64,000 nt of DNA. Source: Camelus ferus (Eukaryota). Below the pieces are notes generated by a model. The model saw only the letters and a program-made list of their open reading frames with translations, ran no database searches and was not told the DNA's origin. The translations under genes were made by a program, and so were the position numbers. The stretch spans positions 6,760,001-6,824,000 of the forward strand of contig NC_045698.1 in the NCBI RefSeq assembly GCF_009834535.1, written 5' to 3'. This document shows, piece by piece, positions 51,580 to 64,000 of this stretch (the stretch's first letter is position 1; the number at the start of each line of letters is the position of its first letter).

Positions 51580-52259
51580 TCTCTTCCTTTATTGACCAGA
51601 AAATTGCATACTATGAAATATAATGGCATCTTTAATCCATTCAATAGGGATGAACTCTAACCAACCAACAGTAATAAGCTGAATTTTGAGAAGACCAAGG
51701 ATACACAAAGATCCTTGAATGTAGTCTAATACAAACCCACAAGGGCTCAGAGCCATGTCATTTGAAGTATTATTTATTCTTTGCTTATTCTTTGCAAAAT
51801 TTGTGTTTTTCCCTAAAGTCTTTGGATAATATGTATTATAGTATAATAGGTACTATAAAGTGTAATATTATGTATTATTATAATTATATTTCATATTATT
51901 ATAATCCTTAATCAGGCAGAATACCATACTCTGTAAGCTTCTGCACCTTTTTGGAAAGCCTTTTACACAATGATTTAAGACCCATGTGTATGTTATCCTA
52001 AAAAATTAAGATAATAATACTCACTAGTCACATACATTAAAAAACACTCAGTACAGTTTGACAGCCACAATTTTGGAAGGTTTGAATACCAATAGAATCA
52101 CCCTATGGGAGCAGAATCCTCCTGAGGCACAAGAGGACTTTAAACACAACTCAGCAAGCCATTCTGATGCTCAAACATTCAGGGGTGTTTTTGCCTGATT
52201 CTTTTAGAAAGAAATCGATGTTTGGAATACAGGATGTAAATACTTAGAATGCATGACCA

Positions 52260-52392
52260 TATACCTCTAGCTACTGCCCATGGCAGACATTACTAATTGA
52301 TCACAGAGGTCTCGACTCAGAGCTCAGAGCAGCCACGATTAATTGATTGGAGTTTGCCCCTGAAATGAAAACTATCTGATATTCCAGAGCTA
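52260..52392. mobile_element. hAT-Charlie MITE (MER117-like)
   Basis: cccatggcagacattactaattgatcac...gcagccac...tgattggagtt...atgaaaactat. Confidence 0.55.
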
Positions 52393-55300
52393 GGACCTTC
52401 CTCTCTCACCTCCTCTTACCCCCAAACACAGAGCTGTGTGTACCGACCTCAGCAGCATCCACTTTTGCTGTGATCTTTTCAGAATGTCAGCTCAAGCTCT
52501 GTGTTTTGCCATCATGTTGCCAGCATCTAGCCAAGTATGTGGCACATTTGTGTTACAAGATTAGAAGAACAGGCGAAGGTGGTGTCGGAAACTGAGATAG
52601 AGGCAAGGGGAGAAGAGCAGGTCTGGACAAAGCCCAGAACAAGTTCAGTTTGAACTGAACGCATCCGAGGTGTTGGTACGACAACCACACGTGCTCAGTC
52701 TGTGTGGGCTGAATGGCGGGTGAGTTCACAGGGCACATCCCCCAGGCCCTTGCACGTGTGAGTCCGGAGAGCAAAGGTAGACTGGATCTGCATCGGCGGT
52801 GTGAGAGGCTTCAGGGTCAAGTTCACGGGCAGCGCTCTGGGGAGCAGAGGGTAGAGCATAACCTGGGAATACTTATTGTCTCCTGACGAAGCACTGGAGA
52901 GCAGTGCTACCATTTAAGCAATCAAAGGGGAGACTGTAAGAAAAAAGTGAATTTTTGCCTCTTGAAATGGACTCGTTGACCACACAAAACAACTTTACAA
53001 AAGCATAGAAGACACCTCATCTCAACTAGAATATGTCAAGGAAAAACACTGTTGGAGTGCTAAAGATACAATAATTAATATTTCTACATATTTTATTTAG
53101 AATATAATTATATACTTACAACAATATTACAATAGCATGTTGTATACTACTATATTATGTTATATCATAAATATCTTATAAAAATGAAACTGGACAAAGT
53201 TGTCTCTAGGCATTTCCCAGAGACTAAATCACCAGATGGGAGATCTGGTCCATGGTGCACTCCTTCCTAGGGGCCATTCATCCTGAGAAATTCCTTGGGA
53301 CTTTGCTCGGTCCTGTTGTTAATCACACACAAGACCTGGAGTGTGACGTTCAGTGTAGCTTTATTTTCAGGAGTAGGAAGAAAGAAAGAGAAGGAAGGAA
53401 GGAAAGGAACGAAGGGAAGGAGGGAGGGTAGTAAGGAGGGAGAAAATAGAAGCAGAGAAAAGAAATCATCTAAAGGTCCAACATAAGAGGCAATGGCCAA
53501 ACAAACAATATTACATCCATGTAATAGAAACGACATGCTGGGAAAATTCGCTTTTCAAAAACTTTAATGTTATGGAGAAATTCTCCTAATAAAATGTTAA
53601 CTTTTTAAAAGTAGAATTTGAAGCAGTACATACTATATACCCCCAAATTCTGATTTTATTTTAAAATATTTGTTCTTATAAAAGTGAAACTAAATATTAA
53701 CAGTAACGATGTCTTGCTAACAGTTTAACGGATTATTTTTATATCCTTCCGTGTGTTTTTCTGTATTTGTATTATTATGTATTACCCTTCAAATTAGCAT
53801 ATTTTTAAAAAGTAAAATCACAGAAGTTAAATGTTTTAAAATACCTTTTGTGCGTGTGTTTTAAATAAAATGTTCAACAAAAATGAAAAATTGTGATTTT
53901 CTTGGATAGACAACAGGAAGATAACTTGAGTTATGAATATGTAATTCAAATGTATGTTCTAATATATGATTTATTCTAATTAGGAGTAATTAACATACAA
54001 TGCATTTTAAATAGGCAACACAGAATAAATGGAACTTGCCATTTCATTCATTTCATGCGATATGTTCATTTACAGAGTCTCGCTTATCTAATCATCTCTC
54101 AGAAGCTAGTACATTATGACACAACAGTGCATCACTGGAAATGAGTCTTAAAAACATACATTTCTCCAGGCCCCAGAGAATTCCATCTGTGGCTTTGTTA
54201 CGTCTACTAAACTGTTGCCAGATGTAACAAGAACCACCAGAGGAAGGGGAATCATGGATGTTTTCACCCTCCTTGGGAAAGGTTTTTGACTTTTGAGTGA
54301 TGCTGGCATCGATATTCAGCTCTATCTTGTTATCCTGCGGCCAGAATCCCATGAGAACTGCTCGGAGAGACTGACTGACTGTGGCGGGGAATAGAAGGGC
54401 CAGGCCAAGCATGCGTGTGCTCAGATGAGTGTTGAAGGACCCCAGCATGGACCTTCTCTTCCTACTCTCTATTATCTCACTCCCTCTGGCCAACGAAGAG
54501 TCATCTGTGCCTCCACCGTGTTCCCCAGCATCTCCAAGGGCCATGCACCCAGCAGGGCAGAAATGGTTGTCTGATACCAGTAAATTTCCTGGTGTCAGCA
54601 GCTCCATCCATCTACCTTCTCTAAAGCTCTGAGAAGGCAGAGATGGTGTCACATTCTCCTTCACAGCTCTCTGAAGCTCGCCTGCACTCGTCTTCAATTA
54701 GTGTTTGCTTTGTTTAACTCTCACTGAATGAGGCACTGATACATAGAAGGTGAGAGCCCTTCCATCGATGAGAATCGATGAGGAACTTCATGGGTAGCTT
54801 GGTGCTGGGTGTGCCAAGGTCCAGTCAAAAGGGGCACTTCGAGGAGTGCCTGGAGGCACTGCCTTGGTAGAACAGGCTCTTGCATAGAAGAAAAAAGTAA
54901 CCAAAGTCTTTTTTTCAAAACAAAGCAGCACATTAAGCACTGCCTCATGCCTGGGAGATTTGAGTACAAGAAACCTCAGAACAAAGACATAATTTTTCAT
55001 TCTATGCTTAGATAACTAAGCTAAGTGATATGAATTAGCTATCAATAGAAATTTGGGAACCCTTTAAGCTATTAATGGAGTGACCTTTATAAAGCCTCGA
55101 TATTCTTGCCACAGACGGAGCGTTGATTTATCTCTTGTACAGGGTAAATGAAGTCCTATATGGTTATATGAAAATGTGTCTCTTTTCAGAAATAGAGGAA
55201 TTCTGGACATCTACTGAATGTAAGAATAACCTGTTGGGATTTTTTAAAATAGAAGTTCCCAGATATCCCTCGGAGATTCTGATTAACTCAATCAGAGACA

Positions 55301-55929
55301 AGGCTGAGATGTGCACTTTCTACGACTACCACAGGTGAGTTGGGTGCAGGTGTTTCTGACACATGCTGACACATGCAGACAGAGGAACGAAGCAGAGAGA
55401 CTCCCGTGTAAGTAGATGCCCGTTCTGGGAGCATGGGTGAGTCCCCTCGGTTCTAGAAGGCTCATTGTTTGCATCTTTATGGTGGGGACCACATCAACCA
55501 CCGTGAAACGCTGGGAATGTGCAGGTCCTTGCCCAGAGGGTGCCCCACGGGTTAGCATCCCCCCAGTTCCAGCAGCTCACTCTGTAACCACTTTGTAAAA
55601 ACGATAGCTGTAGGAAGGCAAATTGGGGCAAGAATGGAGAAGCTGAGGGCCTCTCCTGTGTCAGCCGCTTCATGCTTGGGGACTAGCTGCTTTGGTTCTA
55701 GACACAAATCACCTAGAACTGAACACTGGGAAAAAGTGCTCAGCAAAGATGGCCCTGACAAACATTACTTTGGCACCACCTGCATCTGCTAATATAGGGC
55801 ACTTAAAAGCTGTAGCTAAATGAGGTGCCTCTGGAAGCTGTTCCAGGACCACGCTGAACAGAGGACTCTGATTCTTGCCCTCTTACTTACTCTTATCAAC
55901 TCTCTGGCTCTGTTCTGGCCTGGCCAGGC

Positions 55930-55985
55930 TCTATCTGTCTGTCTGTCTGTCTACCTATCTATCTATCTACCTATCCATCCATCCT
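55930..55985. repeat. (TCTG)/(TCTA)/(TCCA) compound microsatellite
   Basis: Read directly from the sequence. Confidence 0.9.
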
Positions 55986-56069
55986 GTGACTTTTAATATT
56001 TTAGCCTATGTACTCAGTTAATCACTCTCATAAAAATATCCAAATATCTAATGGACTCTGAATACCTAG

Positions 56070-56245
56070 GGGTGATTCTTCTCAAAGCGTAGTCCCAGGA
56101 CCAGTAGTGTCAGAATTAGCTGGGAACATGTTAGAAGTGCAGATTTGCAAGTTCCATTCCAGACCTACTGAATTTGAAACTCTAGAGGTGCTTAAGAAGC
56201 TAACCAGATGATTCCGATGCATTTTCAAGGTTGAAAATCATTGCC
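56070..56245. mobile_element. MER5A-like (hAT-Charlie)
   Basis: ttctcaaagcgtagtcccaggaccagtag...gttagaagtgcagatt...ccagacctactgaatttgaaactct. Confidence 0.8.
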
Positions 56246-57799
56246 ATAGGAAGTTAACACCCACCGTCATCCATTTAAATATATATAAAATAATGAACAT
56301 TTTCTTAACAGCTGGAAAATTTCTCTCATTCTTCTTGCTCCTTGGGCTCTTCTCCCATAGATTTTTATTGTAGTGTAACATATGTTTTAGGCTGAAGAGT
56401 CTTTTACAGGTCACTCAATCATACTTCTCTGGGGCAAATACAGCTAGACAGATGGATAGAGAGAAGACAGAGAGATACGAATGATCATTTTTAAAAAGTC
56501 CTCAGTCTAAAGTTTCTAAATGTTAAACATTTCTTCTATTGCTATAAGTTCACATTATAATAAATAATTGATAAAAACATGATACCAATTTTGATATTAT
56601 TCAACAAGAACAAAATATTACTACCAGTTTATCTCCTAACATGACGAGTGAAGGTTTTTTATTCTCACACATCCTTTGATGAAGTAATCATCTTGCTCAC
56701 TGCAAGAATGAGCTGGGAGTCCTCATCAATTCTATTCTTATTTAATGTCAATGTTGAAAATTCTGTAGAAATTAGTAGATGGGAATAGAAAGAGTTTTCT
56801 TAAAACATTTTCACTCAATTTATTGAAATTTGACTAAATTACATAATCAAAATGATTTAGTAATAAGACATCAAAATTTATTTTTAATAACCTAAAAACA
56901 TGACTAGGACCTTCTCTAACATTGTTGAAAGCAAAGACTTGGAACCCATCTAACTGGTAAAACAGCTTGCTGCCCTGTTACTACTACATTTTTGTAATTT
57001 TGGGGATATATCATCCAAAAAAAATTCACCAAGATTTATCACATGACTTTCATGAAGAAGCACTTTGTTTACTTTGATATAAACATTTGGGAAAATAAAA
57101 TTTTGTGAGTTATATTATATTATAATAATTTTAAAATAAAATGTCCAGGTCTGTGAGTGTGACTGCACAGGTTGTGGGCTGCCCAGCTTAAGGGGAGATG
57201 ACATTTGCTTAGACTCCAGCACAAGCAGTGGTGGCCCTCAAATGCTTTTGTCTTTTCAGGTGCTTTAAATCTATTTTCATTAAAATTAAGGACATAACTC
57301 ACTTTGTGGAAAATAACCTTCATATTAGCTAATTAGCCAAATGAGTCATTGTCAACCCAATCAAGTCAGCCTTAATTTCTGTCAAGGAATAAAAAAAGTC
57401 TGACTTCATTTTCAATTAAAAGTGTTGATGCATCCCTCTTATTTCTGAACCATCTTCCTTCTGAATTCTAAAGTGGAGACGGAGAGGCAGAGAAGGCAGA
57501 GATGCCCACTGAGGTTGCCGACTGCGGGAAATAAGAGGCAACTGCCTTCAGTTCCAACACCTTTGCCTCTGTTGTGCTGGGACTCATGCCCTGAGCCACC
57601 CACCCTCTGCCAATGATCAAAGGATAGAAAGGAGGTCATTAAAAAGTGAACAAACAAAACTTCTCTCATTACCCAATTGACCATATATCTGAACTCAGAT
57701 CCTTCAAAACCAGGCCAAAGTCCCTCCCTCAAATACCATGCTTCACTCTTTCCAGAAACGTGTGTAACCCAGGACATAACCCGGTGGTGGTGTGTGCAC

Positions 57800-58236
57800 T
57801 GCAGTGGGCTGAATGGTGCCCCCCGAAAAGCTATGTCTACATCCCAATCTCAGGGGCCTGGGAATGTGACCTTATTTGTAACTATGTCAAGGGTCTCAAG
57901 ATGAGATCATCCTGGACTATGCTGGTGGCCCCTCGATTCACAAGCATCTTTGTAAGAGACATGCAGAAGGAGACAGATACACAGGAAGCAGAGGAGGAGG
58001 CCGTGTGAAGATGGAAGCAGAGATTGGAAGGATGCAGCCATGAACCAAAGGACACCTGGAGCCATGAGAAGCCAGAGGCAAGGAAGGGTTCTCCCCTAGA
58101 GCCTCTGGGGGGAGTGCAGCCTTGCTGCACCTTGACTTCTGACTTCCGGTTTCCAGGACTGTGAGGGAATACTTTTCCGTTGTTGTAAGACACTCAGTAG
58201 TGGTTCCTTGTCCTGGCAGCCCCAGGACACGATGCA
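57800..58236 (+). mobile_element. MLT1B LTR
   Basis: gggctgaatggtgcccccc...gaatgtgaccttattt...gatgagatcatcctgga...gaggcaaggaagggttctcccctagagcct...ggcagccccagga. Confidence 0.88.
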
Positions 58237-60045
58237 CACACTTGAGATGAGTGAGGCTTGCAGATGCCACTCCTCCCAGCTGTGCAGAGCTTGCTGCCTC
58301 CACTCTTCTGGGAAGGCTCCAGAGCGGAGAGAAATGTGCCTTAGTTTGTACTGTAGGGGATAGTAAAAGAAGAACGGGAAGCTGACACTAGCATGACTGC
58401 AGACGAGGTGAAGCAGAGGCATGCTCTAGAGTCAAGCAGCTGGGACCAACGTTCCAGTCAAGGAGCAGGCAGGACAGATGGACCCTTCAATGCTTGTTAC
58501 TTGAGGAAATGAAATGGGGTATCTGGTGCTTCATTTGTGCTCTTTTCTAAGTTTCTGATTCTACCAATAGGATTTTCTCAATTTAGACTTAAAAAAAAAA
58601 AGTATCTACAGAGTACCTACCCCTTAAAAAGGAAGCTGAAAATCAGGTCTAGGCAGATCGGATGATAATTTCCATAATTTCCAGGAGGATTCAGTGGGGG
58701 TGAAGTGCCAGTGCCTCTTCACCTGGGATCTGAACGCCTCAGTGCCAGGGCAGGAGAGGCTGCCTGTGGTCCATCCTTACTCCACTGGGGCCGATGGCAT
58801 TCTGTTCTCAAGAAGCCTGAGCTCTGTCCTCACCTATCCTCTCTGCCTCCCGCAGAGGAGCCGTGGCCTTGTACCTGGGCTTGTGTCCTTGGCTTCCACA
58901 TCACTCTAAGTCCAACTCCGGCGATTATCAAAGTTTGCGTTGCTTCTCTGGTTGGTGCCAAGGACACCTGCATTCTAGGTTCCTGTCAGAGCGCCCCTGG
59001 AACTTGCCGCCACCCAAGCATTACAAGTACCCCAATTCAGAGGGGCAATATTTACATTGGATTGCCTGAGAGTCGCAGACCACCCTTCCACCAAACTGGT
59101 GATTCTTAAAAAGTGGGGGTCACTGTTCCAGAGCTTGCTGAAGTTATGGACCTTCCTTGGCTTCACACTCAAATTTTGGGTACAATTTTATGGGGCTTAT
59201 AGTCCCTTCCTGTAAAATCTAATAATTCTAAATATTACATTTTTATCTTGATTAAAATGTCAAACAGCCTTGTCACGTAGTTTTGTTACTTGTTAAGATG
59301 CTTACCAAGCAGCACTCTGGTTTTGCTCCATCTGCTTCCAGTAAGGAACACTGAACGGAAGTACGATTCCCACCTAATTTGTCCACTATAGTGGACCCTG
59401 TTGTTCATAACCTCACAGGGCACTGTCTTCAGGAAGCAATGAGAGGGCTGAAAAGAGCTATGCCTCCTGTAAGTACGTATTTATGTTGTATGGACGCCAA
59501 GAATTATATGACGAAGCGTGTTCTCCTCTGTGTGACAGGATGCTGGCTTTGCCACTCACCGCTTTGGACATAAGCTTCATCCTGGCCCCATCCTATTTTT
59601 TTTCTTCACCTTGGTTTTCTCACTTATTTTTTATAACTTATTTACCAAGAAAGATGATATTCACTGAAGACATTGTTTCAGAACACGACAGTAAAGGAAA
59701 ATTCATTTCTCTTGTCTGTGTGGGCTTGTTGAATTCAGAAGCCATTTCCCTCTCCATCCCAACACTCCTCCCCTAAACAGATGAGCTCTTAACAGCTGCT
59801 CCCCATCAGTGGATGGAGCCCCTGGGCCTGAGCAAAACACACACAAAGTTGATAGTGAAGCCGAGATGGCTGTTTACCTTCAGTCCACCAAATGGAACAG
59901 AAGTATATACATAAACATAAACACAGATAGATAAATTGTACAATGACTATTTAAAACACTTGGCTTCTCAGAGGCATTTTACAAAGCTTCCTCAAACCCT
60001 TTTTCACAGAGAGACACAATAAAGAGGCAAATAAATACATTCCTT

Positions 60046-60055
60046 TTTCTTTCTT

Positions 60056-60090
<35 letters not shown>

Positions 60091-60211
60091 GTGGTGGGTA
60101 CTTAAGTTTACTTATTTATTTGTCTTTGGAGAGGGTACTGGGGATTGAACGAACCCAGGACCTTGTGTATGCTAAGCATGCGCTCTACCACTTGAGGTGT
60201 ACCCTCCCCCC
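60046..60211 (-). mobile_element. tRNA-Ala-derived SINE (Vic-1-like, camelid)
   Basis: Minus strand: GGGGGGAGGGTACACCTCAAGTGGTAGAGCGCATGCTTAGCATACACAAGGTCCTGGGTTC(GTTC)AATCCCCAGTACC..., then a long A tail. TSD caaataaatacattcctt (60028-60045) / caaacaaatacatttctt (60213-60230). Confidence 0.88.
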
Positions 60212-61574
60212 ACAAACAAATACATTTCTTAAATGTCCTCTTATCCATATCCCTTGCTCAGTTGTAAGATGATCTCTGTTCTGATGTCTTTGGTTCCCAA
60301 ACTGCGTTTGCCAACTACGTTGCCTCTTTAAAAACAGTTCTATCACACAACCAGCAGTTAACTAATGCTTGGGTCCATTTGGAGTTTAGTTTGTGTATAG
60401 TGTTAGCTATTATACAGCAGTTTAAATAACTTGGCCAGTTCTTATGCTCATCAACAATTTAGAATGTATGCACATTTGATACAGTTAAACCAGCTATTAT
60501 AACTCAGTAACCCTCACCTCCAAGAGTCAACTGTAGTCTATCATCAAAAACATCACTAGCTTTTTAGTTTTCCCCTGTGAGGCATCAGTTTTAACAAAGC
60601 TGTTCCAGGTCTAGCGCTACCACGCAGGGAAACTGCCTCTTAGTAATTCACAAGGGAAAATTTACAACTAATTAGGTCCCCTTTGCCAAAATTAAGACTC
60701 AAGATTCAAATGAATCACAAAACCAACCCTTTTAAGTGTAGTGTCTAAGATGTTTGCAGCTGTTGACAACAAGAAAGCAGATGATAAACTGTAACAAATG
60801 GAACAAACAAAATCAAACAAGTTTTTAATTCACAAAAATATGGAAGAAATTAAGTTGAGATCAAAGGAAATTTCAGTAGTTGCAAATCAAACAAGAGATG
60901 AAACCAGAGTGACTTCTTGTCTTTAGATTAAGGGCCATCAAACTAAGGCCTTAAAATAACATTTTCTTCCAAAATAAAGGTAAAAGAATAAGAAAAGAGG
61001 ATTGTGTTATCTTACTTATAAAACAAAATTTTGTATTAATTTTTGGCTTCCAACATTTTAATAGGTGTCATGTAGTGTTTGAAGTATATTACCTCTTCTT
61101 GCCACCCATAAAACTATGAAAGGAAGATGCTAAAGGGCCAATTTCTCTCTAAAGGGTTTCTGTTGTTTGATCTTAATTTTACATCTTTTTCTATTATCTC
61201 ATTTTAAATCCAATCTTGTAAATCATGATATTTTTCTAGAAAGTTATGTCAGTTACAGTGTAAACATCGAAGAGGATGGTACGTGAAAATTAAATTGAAA
61301 ATCAGTAAAACAATTATTCTTTACCAATTTCTCACATATTGATTCTTTGGGTTAATTTTGATCATTAATAGTTTATGGGAGTCATTCCAGAAATTGGCCT
61401 CTTTTTTAGTACCTTTCTCTAGAATTCACTGAATTTTCAGTTTTCCATCATGTTACATCACTAGTTCACCATTAAAAGACTTTTCTCAATTCCATGATAT
61501 TATTGAGTTTTATTCTTGTGCCCTGTGGGTAGACAAATACGTAAAATGCTTTCTAGTTCCAGTGCACTGTCAGC

Positions 61575-61790
61575 AGTGTTGATTCTAGAGTTAAACTGCC
61601 TGGGAGCAACCCCACCACCTTCGCCTGCTGTGTGGCTTAGAGGGATGGACTCACCTCTCTGTGACCCTTTCTTCATCTGTCAATAGGAGAATAACATTAT
61701 CTATTAAACAGAGTGTATTATTAAGACAATTTAGTAGTCTATGCTTACTGCTTAGTACGGGGAAAGCACTTGACAAAATCGCTTTTGGCA
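61575..61790 (+). mobile_element. MIR
   Basis: ctagagttaaactgcctggg...actcacctctctgtgaccctttcttcatctgtcaataggagaataac. Confidence 0.75.
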
Positions 61791-63299
61791 TTGCTGTTGT
61801 TACTGCAACTAGTAGTGACATCATTATTGTTTCTGCTGGTTCAGTTTGTCATCTCGTAATAGCTCTGAGAAAGCCTCAAGAAAGTCTCAATTCCCTTCTC
61901 ATTAAAATGACTTTGAAGATACAGGGGAACATGAAAACTCATGGAGTTATAATTCTATTTCCAGCATTTGGAAAAAGTTTCCATCAACCCTGAGGCATAT
62001 GGAACTGGTTTGAGATAAATCTGGGCCAAAGGAAAGTTTGGATGATCTTTCATATGCCCTACAGAGCAAGCTGAGGAGGCTAGGGGCAAGATCAACTTAG
62101 ATGCTGGATATCGAAGCCGTAAAAGCCAACAAAACCTCCCTCTGAATATCTAAAAGGCTGTGTGGGTACAGTCAGGGGACTGGAGACTAAGGCCACGTGG
62201 AGCCCAGAGACTCAAACTTAGAGAAATAGTAGGTTTCCATGACTGCCCTGAGGATGACCACAGGAAGAGACCCCCACGCCCAGACAGCACCTGTGAGAAG
62301 GCCCTTCAGGGTGAGCAGGGGGGACATCATCCTTAAGATGCAGTAGGGGGACCTACCTGAGTCAAATGTTGACCATAGCAATCAAAGCATGATTCAGGAA
62401 ACAGAGCATGAGGGAGGGAAACCAAGTAAGCTAGAAGCCTTCACACTGAGAAACACCAAGGAGAGAAGTGTGAAGAGAAAGGCTTCAGAGAACAAGACAC
62501 TAGGTGAAGTAAAGGGAGATTATGTGACATTTTTTATTGTGAACTAAATAAAATATACACTAAAGGAAGTAATAAGCCACACTAATGGGGTGGAAAACAC
62601 AATGTAAATATAGAATGGGTGGATATAAGTGGGCTGCTGACAATGCAGAAGAAAACATATGCACGACTAAACATAATAATTTAATGACAATAATTTATTT
62701 TGAAAGTCTCAGGATATACTACTAAAGGCAGAGGGAGTGTAGAGCTTTTGCAATTTTTCCTGTTACCTAGTAGAGTCAAGGTAAAGGAGTCTTACTTTGG
62801 AAAATAGGTTAAACAACTTTTGGAAACATGTCAAAATTTTAAAATAGCCTATATAACGATTGGTTTAAAATAAAGCGAAAGTCGTAAGCTATAAATAGAG
62901 TAGTAATAATAGCAGTGAGAATAGACCACATAAAACGTTAAAGCAAACTGCCAAGTGTGTGATCAGAGTAAAGTTCCCAGCTCTATATGTTTTCATTACA
63001 AACCATATAAAACAAAGATAAGTGAACTAAGCAATCAACTAGAGAAGTTCAAAAGGGATAATAAATAAGAAAAAGTAGGAAAAGAAGAAAAAGAAGAGAA
63101 AGAAGGAAGGAAAGGAGGAAGGAAAAGCCATTGTAATGGAAATAATTGAATTCAAGTTCAATCTAAAAACTGCCTTAAACCAAAAATGGACAACCTCTTG
63201 ATACAAAAAGGAGATAAAATTCAAGTAAATGCTATCAGGAAAATGAAAGAGAGAAATTGTTCCCCAAAACACAGAAGATTTTGTTCGAGTCAAAACAAT

Positions 63300-64000
63300 A
63301 TTAGACTTTGATGAAAGAAATTGAAGAAGACATAAGCAAATGAAGATATTTATTCATGGATTGGTAGAATTAATATTGTTAAAGCATCCATACTACCCAA
63401 AGCCATGCACAGATTCAATGCAATCTCAACCAAAATTCCAATGGCATTTCTCACAGAAAAAAAAAATTTTTAAGTCATATGGAGACACAAAGGACCCCCA
63501 AAGAGTGAAAACTATCTGGAGAAAAAAGAATAAAGCTAGGGGCATCACAAATCCTGATTTCAAACTATACTACAAAGCTATAGTAATCAAAGCAGGACAG
63601 TACTGAAACAAAAATAGACACATAGACTCATGGAACAGAACCAAGAGCCCAGTAATAAACCCCACTTGTGCATTCAACTAATATTCAACAAGGAGCTAAG
63701 AACACTAAATGGGGGAAGGATGGTCCTTTCAATAAATGATGTTCAGTAAACTGGATATCCCTGCAGAAGAATGAAGTTGGACCCCTATCTTACACCACTC
63801 ACAAAAATTAACTTGAAAAGAATTAACCATAAGATCTGAAACCATAAGACTTCAAAAATAAAAATAGCGTAAAAGCTTCTTGACATTGATTTTGGCAACA
63901 AAAACTTCTTGACATTGACTTTGGTTGGGACATCAAAAGCACAAGCAACAAAAGCAAAAATAAACAAGAGGGACCGTATCAAACTAAAAGCTTTTTCACA
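63300..64000 (+). mobile_element. L1 ORF2 fragment (runs off the window end)
   Basis: gaaagaaattgaagaagac, KKNKARGITNPDFKLYYKAIVIK, gaatgaagttggacccctatcttacaccac, atcaaactaaaagcttt. Confidence 0.9.

Noticed and set aside
52644..52661. Short hairpin gttcagtt-tg-aactgaac
   Set aside because: An 8-bp stem is expected by chance in 64 kb.
60135..60211. tRNA-Ala-like sequence as a real tRNA gene
   Set aside because: It has an A tail, a TSD and a disrupted T-arm, so it is a SINE.
1..64000. CRISPR array, operon, rRNA, snoRNA/miRNA or other multi-gene system
   Set aside because: I saw no regularly spaced repeats, prokaryotic-type ORFs or recognisable RNA genes; the sequence is typical eutherian intergenic DNA.

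Overview
Mammalian genomic DNA, most likely a camelid, based on a Vic-1-like tRNA-Ala SINE and cetartiodactyl-type L1 3' ends. The only recognisable protein-coding gene is an intact single-ORF bitter taste receptor, TAS2R1 (19003-19890, minus strand). The rest is intergenic sequence rich in transposon fossils (L1, L2, MIR, MLT1/ERVL LTRs, hAT MITEs, one young ERV LTR, one young SINE). I found no well-supported new multi-gene system. The most notable observations are: (i) the TAS2R1 ORF is bracketed by a consensus splice acceptor 1 nt before ATG and a consensus donor 42 nt after the stop, with candidate upstream CpG/NRF1 promoter patches; (ii) an ERV LTR followed by a PBS stub, a second LTR terminus and a perfect 6-bp TSD; (iii) unusual L1 insertion structures (a tailless internal fragment with TSD, and a twin-primed inversion); (iv) two unidentified coding-like fossil segments. 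Repeat family names and most repeat boundaries come from recall and by-eye reading, so they are approximate.
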